64,000 nt of DNA from Lingula anatina (lineage: Eukaryota > Animalia > Brachiopoda). The stretch covers positions 37,653,967-37,717,966 of the forward strand of contig CM120640.1 of assembly GCA_051362555.1 (NCBI GenBank). The letters are read 5' to 3'. Below are positions 40,001-52,863 of the stretch, piece after piece (the first letter of the stretch is position 1; the number at the start of each line of letters is the position of its first letter). The notes below the pieces were generated by a model, which worked only from the letters and a program-made list of their open reading frames with translations, ran no database searches and was not told where the DNA came from. A program made the translations under genes and the position numbers.

Positions 40001-43000
40001 AAATAAGTTAAAGTTTGTTAAAACAACTCACCTCAATGAAGTTTGCGTTGATGTAGTCAGAGTTGGGATCGCCTGGTAAAAGGTCCAGTACAACTCGGCT
40101 ATGGTCGTCTGATGGAAAATAAATCATTCTTAAAAAACTTAATACCAACATATTAAAATTTGAAGGTTCGCTGTTATTGTACCCCATAACTGGGTCATGA
40201 AGCTGTAATTAAAACGTTTTATTTGAACTTTAAACTCTGATGACTTACATGGCATAATGTTCTGAAACCTGTTCTTTAGTCTGTTTTCTCGTTTTTGGCC
40301 GGCTTCACAAGGACAGATGAATGTGGTAGGGAATTTCTAAAAATAGTTGATAATGGTTTTGTTTTATATTCGTTTGTGCATTTATTTAGGCATACATGTA
40401 CAATGGCAGATTGAACACATTTCATTTTATAAATTCACATTTTTCAGTGACAGTTATGTAAGCCATGCACGCGTACACAATCCAGGAGTACACCACGCCA
40501 ATCTAAACACTAGCTTTTTTTCCACTTGGGAGATTTCCTGTTAATATTTTTTCATTGCGCAGACACACACATACCTGATATTCAGCCTTAAGAACATCTC
40601 TGCTTTTCCATTTCATGACCTCAAAAATGTCATCTACAGGGATTTTTGTGTTTTGATCTATATTGCCGTAGAGGTGCTCGTCTTCCGTGTCTTCGCACAC
40701 ACTTTCTGTCTGTAATCCATCTACATGTACAAGCTCATCTGAAGTTATAAAAGGGACCACAGGGAAACAAATACATTGGTTTTCCATTGAAAAAGGAATA
40801 TACTTAAAGCTGTAAATGCTACAGATACGTAAATCAACAAAATTATATTACCTTGTCCTCCTTGCATTTCAGAAAAGACATTAACTCTATCAGACTCGTC
40901 TGGGCGACGCCTTCTGCAATACAAGTACACAGTTATCAGTGTAAAATTTGGACATGAATAAGACTCTCATACAGAGAAACAAAGTGAAATAATAAAGGCA
41001 TTTGCATATACCTGTTAATTGCATGTGAACGCTGTATGATTTGTGAATAAATAGATGTTGTATTAGGCAACTCAGTAAAATTCATTTCTTTAAATAAACG
41101 CGTGCGCATTTTATATACTGTATATGCATGTATACATACATTATTTTACTCATTTAACTTGATTCCTAGGTCTATTTAAATTTACCTTTTGTATATGACA
41201 ACTACAGCCAAAACTACCGCCACCAGGACCAGAACCCCCAACACACCTCCTGCTACACCACTACCATTTATACCTGTGACATGGGCTGAAGACTCTAGGA
41301 AGGAAAATAACACTATTAGGTTAAGATCCTTGAATATTTTACCATTTAGATAAATACCTTGAACCATGATGTAAGAAAGAGGCACTTGAGCGTGAAACAT
41401 ATACATATACATATTGTTCTGCAAACTTTATATAGCACGATATGATGTTTGCAGTCATCATGCATGCACATGTATAAATATATGTGATGCCAGCAAACAA
41501 TTGCTACACAAAATTGCTCAGGGAAGCCATTATTTTTGGCAGTATTGGGTTACCTCTCTTTGGTTGAGTTGTTTCCTGAATTGGATCGCTATATTCGCCG
41601 TAGCCGACGGCAGTACTGGCACGGATCTATAAAGATAATAATGTTCACGCTGGGAAATATAGTAATAAATTAATACACTGTAGTACATGTAGAACTTCGG
41701 TGAAATACTGTAACAACTTGTTTGTTTGTTTGTTTTTTTCATAAAACATAAAAGTTTCGTTTTGTTCATTAAAATGACGGACATTATGAGTGAAATGATA
41801 ATTACTTACTCGAATCATGTAGGTCGTATTGATTTGCAAGTTGCCAATAATTGTACTAGAACTGTCAGCATCAGCCACCGTTTCATCCCACAGACTGGAC
41901 TGTTGAGTGTACGATATCTCGTAACTGACGATAACTCCACCTGGAGTGGAAGGCGCACGCCATGCTATCTCTATGAAGCTGTCTCCTGTGGATGCCACTT
42001 CTGGTACCGCCATCTTTGGTGGAACTGTTTTCATACAATAACAGTGTTTCGTAGAAAATTCCAATCATACAGTAGTTATTTTAAATAATAATCCAGTCAA
42101 AAGTTCACAGTAATCCTGTGTCAAGAATAACTGTACCACTTCTTTTCACACAAGCAGAAATAATTAATTACATAGGCAATGGATTAAAATTATACCAGAT
42201 ACTGAGTAAGTAGGATTTCAAAATGTATTTGAATAAAACCATTACCCCCTTCAGGTGTTTTATGAGTCACTGTCACTGGTGGTCCTTCCAAATGTAAGTT
42301 GTTAACTGCTGTCAGGTAGATGGTGTATTTACTATATGTTGTGAGGTTGGTAATTGTAATCAGCTGTGTTTCCTTGACATGTAGCACGTCTGTGGTATCA
42401 TTGTTGAATTCTCCTTCATATCGAACAGTCAATTTTTCAAATCCATCACATCTATGGATCGCTTGGTTCATCCCCTTAAATTATTTAATTAATTAATAAA
42501 TGGTTACGAGTACCTGAATTAATGTGGCTCAAACATGTAATTTATATGTATTTTATTTTTAAAAAAATCAATTTGCATTCTATTCATTTTGATACACAGC
42601 TACTGGTCCGAGTCCAATCACACCTGGTAACATTTTCTTTAACAACACAGTTATTTCAATATTGAAAGAGTCAATATTGCGAAACGAACTGAAGAATTAT
42701 GACAGTATATGTCTGGTCTCATACAAACATCTTTTCAAGAAAAGGTAGAACTGAGATACTTTGTGACTTAAATACTGTACTCTAAAAATACCTGTAGCTA
42801 TATGCAATACCAGAAATACCAGCAATGTTATTTCAGTGATTAAAGAATATGTAGAAAGTCATAATTCTAGACCTACGCACCGTTGTATTAAGTTCTATGT
42901 AAGCATTCCTCTTTGATGGCACAAGAAGGGAAGTGACGTTTGGTTTCAGTGGTGCCGCGGGAACTGAAAGAATGCTTAATCACTTCAACAGCAAAAAAAA

Positions 43001-46000
43001 AAACAAAAAAAAAAAAAAAAAAACTGGACATCAAACAATGACAATATTATAATGGGATTTTGAAGTGCATGTGTACTTGATTCAGATTATAAAACCAAAT
43101 AAGGCAAATCCCCGTGAAAATATCTTAATTACCTCCACATGTCCTTGCAGCGGTTGGTGGACTAGGAAGACCATGATATCCTGCATTATTCTTTATTGTT
43201 ACAGTGATATCATACTCTGTGTACTGATAAAGATTTTCGATAGTGGCTGTATGATTTTCTGATGATACTGTTACATTTACGCTACTGGGTTGGCCATCCT
43301 GCCGCCAAGCTCTAATGACGTAGCTGTGAGCACTACCACCCCTTAAGTCGCCCAGCGACGACCACTTTTGCCACGTTATGGTGAGTGAATTGTTTGTCTT
43401 GGAGGACAATTTTGGTGCTGTGGCTAGACTTGGGAGAGTAGATGTTTCTGAAAAATTGAAACAGTAACGAAAAAGCAAAAGTAAATTTTCTTATGATTTG
43501 ATTGACAATTATGTTTCAACATGTTTACATTTGCCACGGGCACCGTACATGTACATGTGCGATGTAATCGTATACGATTTTCCGTGCGATTTTTTTGACA
43601 TCGTATGTACATGTAGCTACGGGTTCTTGCGAGTACGTTTATATTACGTGCGGATGCAGTTTCATATCTTCGACATAATCTTGAGGTCATGTGGGAAAAT
43701 CGGTTTTCGGTTTAAAAGTAACTGTTCAGAGTCCTTTCAGTCCTACTGCAGTTGCCACACGCCTTGAAGTTTTAAACATCTTTACTTATGTTATGTACTT
43801 TAAAGCCATCAAAGGTGAAAGGGAAAGAGACCAAGACCTGGCTCACCCATTACCACGATCACCGCAAGTTCACCGAGTAATGTCCGTACAGGAACTGTGC
43901 AATGCCATCCACGATAATTCTACGGCCTGCGGATTACGATTTTAGAAATTTGTCAAAAGTTCTAGCTTGACAAAATCGTAGAGGAGGTCTTGAATCTGCA
44001 CGGTTTCGCGAAAAACTACAATTAAGATAATTAATTGTATTTATGTAGCAAATGGTTTGTTTTAGTGGTGCTATTAACTTTTAGGGTAATACATCAACGT
44101 TTTGTTTGGGTCTTGTGTCTGCACATGGGTTAAGGAATGTCTTAGCTGCTGTGTATCTAGGCACACACATGTATATTCTATGAAAGATGTTTTGGAGACT
44201 AATTCCATCGAGCTGCATTCAGTGAGAAGTCATTCAGCTTTGTAGCTGCGGATATATTTACCCGCAGTTTTAGCAGCTACACTGTATTATTACTTCTTTA
44301 TTGTTATTTGTACACTGGTTACCAGTCATCACTTTTGTGGTTTCAAGATTTGGGGACGGCTATTTGTTACTTGGTGACTTTATTTTCTTCGGATTATTTA
44401 GTTTCCCCAGCCACTAGTTTTGGTATTCAAGATTCAGCGACGGCTGTTGACGGTTATTTGTTACTTGGTGACTTTATTTTCTTCGGACAATATTCAGTTT
44501 TCCCCAGTCACCAGTTTTTGTTATTCAAGTTTCGGCGACGTCTGTTTCCTTTTATTGGATGACTTCAAGTCTTGGATCACACACAGGCTAGTATTTCTTT
44601 ATTGTCTTCAATTTTTCCCCTTTATTCATGTGTTCTTAACAATACATTTATAATTTGTTGTGTAATGCAACTACAGTTGTTAGCTATTTTGTTTAGGTGT
44701 CACCTCATCATGTTATTCTTGATTTTTTTCTTTTGTGTGCATCTATTTTATTTATGTTTATATTCCTATCGGGCCAGGTGTTTTTGCAGTTTTCCTATTT
44801 CCTATTTCCTGGCTGTCATTGACATGCCGTAATCTATTCATATCCAATTTCCGATTCTCTCCGTGTCCGCATTACCAGGTGGAGTATTATTAGGGCGGCC
44901 ATTCCACGAAAAGGGGTACAATTCCAAAACAAGAAATGCAGTGATATGAACTTTGCAAAACTGGAAAACTTTTTATATTATTTTGATGAAGAGGTATTCA
45001 GAGAGTAGTAGAAGAATTTTAACCCACACCATTACTGTATTTAAAGAAATATGCACCTGTAAACATGGTACAGTATTTTTTTCGTTACGGAGGTTAGGTA
45101 ACATCTAAATTAGGTTATATTTCAATCATGCCAAAGGTCACAGGCTCCATATTTGATTCAATTATTAAGATTTTGTATGTATTCAAAATTTTATTGCCCA
45201 TTTAAGATTTCTCTTCAATTATAGAAAATGCGGAGCAAACACATTGGTAATAAGTGGCTCGTTTTCTATAAATACAAAGCCTGAGATATTCCAATTTAAA
45301 TATTTTATTAATCATTGGGGACAGACTTGCTTTTTTATCATACTATTTGTTTATGAACAAAGTGCTATCAATCTATTATGATATGAGCATTGATCAATGA
45401 GCACACACATATCCAATGTTCAAATGAAAAATGAGTAATTTCGTAACGGAGGTTAGGTCATTGATATTTCTTAGCTTAAAGAAGACTCTAGAGGCTGAAT
45501 TCGGAATTTGTAGTATTACAGATACGACAAACGTTACATAATAACATAGAAAATTTGATAAAACATGTTTAATCAAACCAATAAATGGCAAATTGTTACA
45601 ACGGGTTGTTGTGCTTTCTTTCAAGGACTACATAAATACATTTACCGCTACTGGATACATTTCACCGCTAATATGTTGATCGATGTATCTGTAGAATTCG
45701 CATTCCATATTTTACCAGATTAAGAGTTTAATTTATTATCTTAGTAACAGAGGTTAAGTAAAACTCTATAGTCTAAATTATGTCATGCATTTAAACCGTT
45801 CAAAATCTTTCACAAGAAAAGCTTCGCGGTCATTAGATTTTTTTCTTTCTCTGTAGTGTTTTTGTAGCTCTGTATTTGTAAGTGGCATATTGGTGTCTGT
45901 ATAACAAAACATTAAACCTACATGTACATGATCGCAGCTATAGGCAATAAAAAACAACACAATACCCGATAAAGTTAATGTATACAATCAAGTAGGCCGA

Positions 46001-49000
46001 CAATAGACACGTGTTTGCGGATAATTGTCCATTTAAAGTTACTGGAAGCATCTAGAAGATGTTAAAAACTATTATGTGCTACTGAAACAGTAAAATAGGG
46101 CCTAATAACCCCGCAGTTCTACCTGATAAATACAAGCGTTGCTTCAATGCTTAATATATTTCGCCATATGTCTCCCGCGAAAATAATGTCTGCTACATGT
46201 ACGCTAGTACTGATGTCAGCTAGTACCATTTTTCTTGCCAAGACAGTCCTGAAAACTCCTCATTTCGCTTAAAATCAGAATGATAAGTTCAAAAAGGCAT
46301 CGTCAAGTGACAAATGGAAATCATTTTGAAAAAACAAATCACGATTTACCCTCGATTTTATAGCAAACTCAAGTAAAAACTTAAATAGTTAGCTTATCTT
46401 GATAGAATTATCAGCTATATATGTATATTTTATATCTATATTAATACGGGGTAATGTCTTTAACAGCAAGCCGTATGAATGCATACTACATCAGAACATA
46501 GAAGTAGAACTACTTCTATGATCAGAACTAACTCACAAAACCACAGAAATAACGTTTTAAAGTATTAACAGTCATTTTTATAACAATTAACTTATTTCGT
46601 AACGGAGGTTAGCATAACGGATGTAAGGTGACACGCACTCTTTTTCAGTTTTTATCCTCGGGATAACTTTGCATAACTATTGAATGAATTTTTTAGGGAG
46701 AAATTGGTCCTTGCTTAACAAAAATGATGTTTTTAACTTTCTAAAGCAACATTTTCTTCAAATTTGGTCCGTTACTGAGGTTAGGCTCTTAAATGCGACA
46801 CCCCGACTTTTGTGAGTTAACATTCTCTATGATGGAACGCATCATTCAAAATTAACAAATAGCACTGTTTTATTAAACTTCATGTATTAAGAGTTTGAAA
46901 AGTGCACAGGAAGGCCATTTAAGAGCATTTTCTTTTATTCTTACACTGACTTAAAAAAGCGTTACGGAGGTTAGGGGTTACTGAGCGACATTGATTAAAC
47001 TATGACAGTGACGTAACTAACCAACAAATTCGACAGAGAACACCATGTATGATAAAAAGAAACATGAATTCAAATTAGTTGAGGACTAAAAACACTAAAA
47101 TACGGGAAAATATAAACTTTTTCTTGTGGCAAATCAGCTATAATACCGAAGCGACACGTCGAAATCGTGCTTTTTGCGGCATATAGACCCCCGGGGTTCC
47201 CGTCAAAGCAAGTGGTACTATATTAATTGTTGTTTTTTAAGTAGAACACATCGGGTCCTGCTAAAAAAGGCTAAAAAAAGCTAAATTGCAGATGCTTTTA
47301 CTACCGAAAATAAGCTGCGACAGGTATTATTCAGAATTGTACCCTTTTTCGTGGAATGGCTGAGGGGTTTCTGGTCGACTGGGCAATATGCATTTTTTGG
47401 AGTTGTTATGCTCTTTGTTCTGGGTGTACTTCCCAGGTTTTTAACTGTTTGCCTGGTGCCTTTTATTTTCATTTGCGCCAACTTTTTGCTCCTACAGGTA
47501 TAACTGTTGTGATTTCTCATATTTTTCATCATTAATCCTGGTTACATTCATTAACATACTTTATTATTTTTATATTTGGCACTTATATAGTTTGGGGGAT
47601 GTTTGATTATCTCCCCAGTTTTGTAACTTCGTATCTTATTAGTTTTCGTCATTAATAAATGACAATTTCAGTCATATGGACTTATCTTACTTAATTTGGA
47701 GTAAAAACAGAGCTTCGTTGTGCTTGTGAACATTTGGCTACATAAAGGGGTTTATTTATAATATAAATTACGGGCAGTGTGTGGGCACTGTGCGAACTTC
47801 GGCTGGTACATGTACAGACTTGACATTTAATATGGAATATTTTCTCCAAATCACATTTAATCAGTTTTTTCCTATTTTGCTGACTGATAAATGAAAATAA
47901 GGAATAAAATCGTGTTTTAAAAACTTTTGATAATCTGTTCGATGTCATTGTGACATCAGTTCATTAACTGAATTCGCCAGTGAAGCAAACAAAAATGCAT
48001 TGCCTATTTTAAGAAATACGAAAACCATTGAAAGCGATATTTTGGATCTCCATATTTTCCGAATTATCGTCTTTAAAAGAGTTATACGCCCCACAAAGGG
48101 CCCTCATGTCAATGTTTAGTCACAGCAATGGTCGCTGTTACGCCGGACCTCATCTTGCTGCTACCAGAGCTTTCAAGCGGCAAGGCATTCCTTAGGATTG
48201 GTTTTTGGAGTTTAATCTGGAATAAAATTCAAGGCACCGGTTAAAACTTGTCCAATTTGGTTCAGTTTTGTTGTAGGACGTGCAGGCCGTTAATTTGGGG
48301 AGTAATGACCTACCCACATATTGTGTATGTGATTCAAATATGGCGATTTTGATGACCAGGGTAGCTGCTCATTCCCTTGGTTCTGTAAGTTATTTGCTAT
48401 TAAAAGTGCTCTGTGTGAATCGGTAATCTCATCGTGCAACCTAAAATTGTTTCTAAGGTGCCCCCTATCAAATGATGGTCAAGTGGTTTCCAGAGTATTC
48501 CTTTATTTGATCTGGTTCAGGTTTTCATCGATGACTTCCATTAGTGTTTTGGCACCAATGTGCTTTCTACTCCAAATAGTGACGCTGTCAATGATCCTAG
48601 TCACTTAAGATGTGGCACACGCCTTGTCGTAGGCCTCTTCAAGATGGCTGTAGACTCTCTTTTGACCAGTTTAGCGGTACGGGTGAAATCTGACCTCAAT
48701 AAAGAAAGCCACGCGGTTTCAGTGTTCTATCCACAAACGAACATGGTCCCCAATTCATTAGAGAAACAGACTACGCTGTTTTGCTGTTTACAGTGACTTC
48801 TTCAGAGGTCGCCTGATATGCTAACCTGCTGAAACCATTTTGGTGTTCGCTAAGAGCCATGAAAAACGCGTTTTGGTGACAATTTGCCCCCTCATTCAAA
48901 ACGGACTGAGTGGTTTTGGTTTAATTGCAGCAGCATATCCTGAAGGACAATGAGTCCTGTACTCTGGTGGTAAGATGTGGTATTTGTGTAGGTGCATCAG

Positions 49001-52000
49001 TCTGGGCATAACTCTATAAAACTGTGCAGACCATTCCGTTTGACACAATAATCTATCTGGCAATGTCTGTCTTTTTCGCGCCCTTCTGGCACAGCTTACC
49101 AATTTCATAAAACACTGCTTAGCTCATTTTACGCACTGCAAAACCGACCGCTTGCATGCAAAATTTCAAATTCTTCGATACAGTAGTTGCCGACATAAGG
49201 ATACTTTTTTGACAGAACCATGCTTCATCAAAGCCAAGCTTTGACCAGCCCAAAGGAGCACTAGCCAATTAAATCACTGCATATTACACAATGCAGCAGT
49301 GCAACGGACTTGGTAGTCAGTTAATTGGTAGCGACACACCTGACTTCATACTTCTCCAGTCAGATATCTTATGTGAGATCTGATTTTTTTTTTTTTTTGA
49401 AAAAAGAACGCATTTTTACCTAGATATACCTTTAAAACTGAAATATTCCATATTAAATGTCAAGTCTGTATATGCCGTCTAGGCTTTTTTTATGCTGGCT
49501 TCGACCATAGCCTACATGTAATGAAGACGAGTAAGCGATCCAAACTTCCATCTCAACTAAGAGTGTCAAAGAAGTTTACATGCAAATTAAAAGCAAAGAG
49601 AGCAATGCATATTCTGAGATCATGCCTGTCACATACCTACTTGACAAGTCCCATTATGTCCCTGCCAGCCTTCAGCACAGCCAGATATACAGACTCCATA
49701 CACGGGATGACACTGTTCACTGGTATTTCTACAGTTACAGCGGTTTCTGCATTCAGGACCAAGGTGTTTATTTGTACACTCTGAAAATGATATATATCAG
49801 AAGTTTACAGAACAATTACCTGTAAAAGAACACGATACTTAATCGGATGCGTTGGAGTTCTTTTAAATTTGATAAGGGAAATATTCCGTAAAAAATGGTC
49901 ATAAACGAGGTGTTCTAGACAAATGCATGTCAAACAGAATGGCGGGAAAGTTTTACGTACTGTAAAAGTACACTCCATGGGTTTGAAAATTTCCCAAATG
50001 CCTATTTTGACATCCACAGCTTATTTTAAAACCTTAAATACACCATACAAATGCCTTAACTTCTTTTTTTTTTCTGTCGGGTACTTAAAGTTGATATTCA
50101 CATAGGTGCATATACTGTTGGAATTTAGCTGGTTATAATGACTGGTCAATCATTTAAACTAAATTAACTTTCATAAATTTTATTAAGGGGCGAATCCAAG
50201 TGCCAAGGGGGATAGACAAATGGGTCATGAGTACGAGAAAATTGTCCAGGGAAAATCCATTTTGGCAGAGTTTCCCCTTTAAATTGAAATAATAAATGTA
50301 TATGTTATTTCGTATGCACTTTCAAGTTTTGCTTATACATTCTTGGTCAAAAAGGTTGCCACACCTCCAATCATTTGTAAACAAAAACACGTGCAATTAG
50401 CGGTAGGGCAACCAAGATTATACATACTTTACTAATACTTTACTAAATACACTTGCTTATATTTCGAATATACGAAAGTATACTGCGTGAAAACCTCAAT
50501 AATAATAATTCATGAACGAATGTTTTAGTTATCCAGTAGAATTAGAATAAGTAAGTTCCAGTATCAGAGTTAAACATTATACATTAATCATTATACAGCA
50601 ACCAAACACTTGGGTAAAAATGACAATAAAAATACAAACTGACAGCAACGCACATCGCAGCTCAAGTTGATCAATTATGTTATCAAAGCTCTTTCAGATA
50701 AGGTCGACTCTCTTGCCTTTTTGTAGAAAGCACGTTGATTCTCTTTAGAAATGGTTCACTTTTTAGCAATATTATATTATTGGCATTTACCTTCGTATTT
50801 GTATCCTTTAATAGTCACTTCACAGAGTATTAAAGGGGCCGTGTACTGCAGCTGAACAATCACGACTTGACCAATATGTGGAACTTGACATGACAATTCT
50901 ACAATTCCACCCCGAGGCACTTGGGGAACACGTGTCGCGCACTCGTCTACGCTGCCGGTATCTGTGTTGTTACGTGTATTTACTGTTAAGTTATGTAAGT
51001 GCTTGCCGGCTGGAAGTATAGATAGATGCATCTATACATTTAATACCACACCTAGAATGTGAGTCCATGTACATTTACCTGGCCACCCGTCTTAGCGGTA
51101 CATTACCATTGCACACTCATAATCAAGGAGCTCTAAAACTCCTTGGTATAATTATGGTTTTGTAACTTTAAAAATGTACTGAAGGCACAGGTTTATTATT
51201 TAACCGATTAAAAATCTACAAGATAATCACAGCAGATCTGACATTTTAGCCATCTTTTGAGCAGGGAGGGGAGAGGACAGTGACAAGAGATGTAATAAAA
51301 ATGCCGGAAGGCACAGCTAAATACAATCAGTCGGATGTCGTACGCAAAATCACATACATTATACATTCTTTCATTCTTTCATTTCAGTGCCGGTGTAACA
51401 GTAACAGTAATCCAAGTCCCCCAGAAACCTGCGGACCTCTGTTCCTGGTAATGGTTGTCCGCAGAAGGACCTGCGTGGGACGTGAGATTCTACGTAAAAT
51501 TTGGACGCAAACAGCCCGTAACGACCGGTTGTGACAGAGGCTTTAACAAACAAACACACCGTACACACGTCTGTGCGAACGTTGACAAAAGTACAATGGA
51601 TTCTAATGATAAAAAACTTACTCAAAGCATACACTTACAGTCACCGCCGTCATCTCTGTTAAATAACGTTACACTGTAAACCACGTACTGCTGGCCCAGG
51701 TCTACCCGCCACCAGGGGTATGATGTTAAATTCGTGTGAGCACAGTGAGGTGTATCTGCATTTCCGAAGTTCAATCTTGTATTCCCGTCTATGGCAAGAC
51801 TTGCGACCGCATTTAAAGCTACACCTATTTGCTCTGCTGTTTTTCCAAAGGCGACATTATCTGAAATGCATTGGCTGATCTACATTATTTGCTCGTCAGT
51901 AAGCTAGCAACAGATGTGTTGTCAATATTTTCGACCCGTATCATCAGCACATCATGATTTTGACCCAAAAAAGAGACGCAACAATAGCTATATAATAAAT

Positions 52001-52819
52001 TATCTGTATATGATACCGTTACCTATACTTTTGTGACATGTTCCTTGTTGACAAAAAAGAAAAAGAAAAAAAAAAAACATATATGTATTAATATACGTGA
52101 ACAGCCTCTAGTGCTTTTTTAATCATACATGTAGAATCATTCTGGTACATGTAATTTCTCTTCCACACAAAGTCAACTTACAGGGATATGCGTAGCCTCT
52201 AACAATGATTTCACACAGCCGTAATATTTGTTGTCCATTTTTTTGTAAAGTGACGTAGCGTGCCAAGACTGGTGGATCTATATCGTGCTCTAACACTGCA
52301 GTTGAACACTGTGTATTAGGAACAGATACGTCTTTGCATCCCGTATCTGGTGCTGTACCGTTGTTAAAGCAGAGGAGGACACCTTGAAACTGACCTGGTA
52401 AAATGAAATAAAAAATAATGCAGTTATACCTACATGTACTCCAAAAAAAGACGATATAATTCCTTACAGAAATGAGTAAAATACGCCCAAAATAAAAGAA
52501 CTTCACAAAAAAGTTACATCTACATAATGTCAAACTTACATACGTCAGCAAACGTAGTAGGTTTTAGCAAAGCGACTCTACGAACAACATATAGGCCCCC
52601 CAGGTCCACACTCCAGTTGGTACCGCATGTGTAGTTCGTTCTTGTACATTTCAGGTCATCAGTTCTGTTGTCTCCATCCACTGCAAAATATGCTGGGTAA
52701 CTCACGCCGTTGCTACCATTTATGTAGGTACTTGACTGTGTGGCTGACTTGTTATAGGCTAAGTTGATATTTTCTAGAAGAAAAATGCAATTGCAAGGTT
52801 ATATTACCGTTATATATAA

Positions 52820-52863
<44 letters not shown>

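Noticed and set aside
45083-46975. Spaced direct repeats as a CRISPR-like array
   Set aside because: Irregular 170-850 bp spacing, eukaryotic intron, enclosed by TIRs and TSD, no cas genes.
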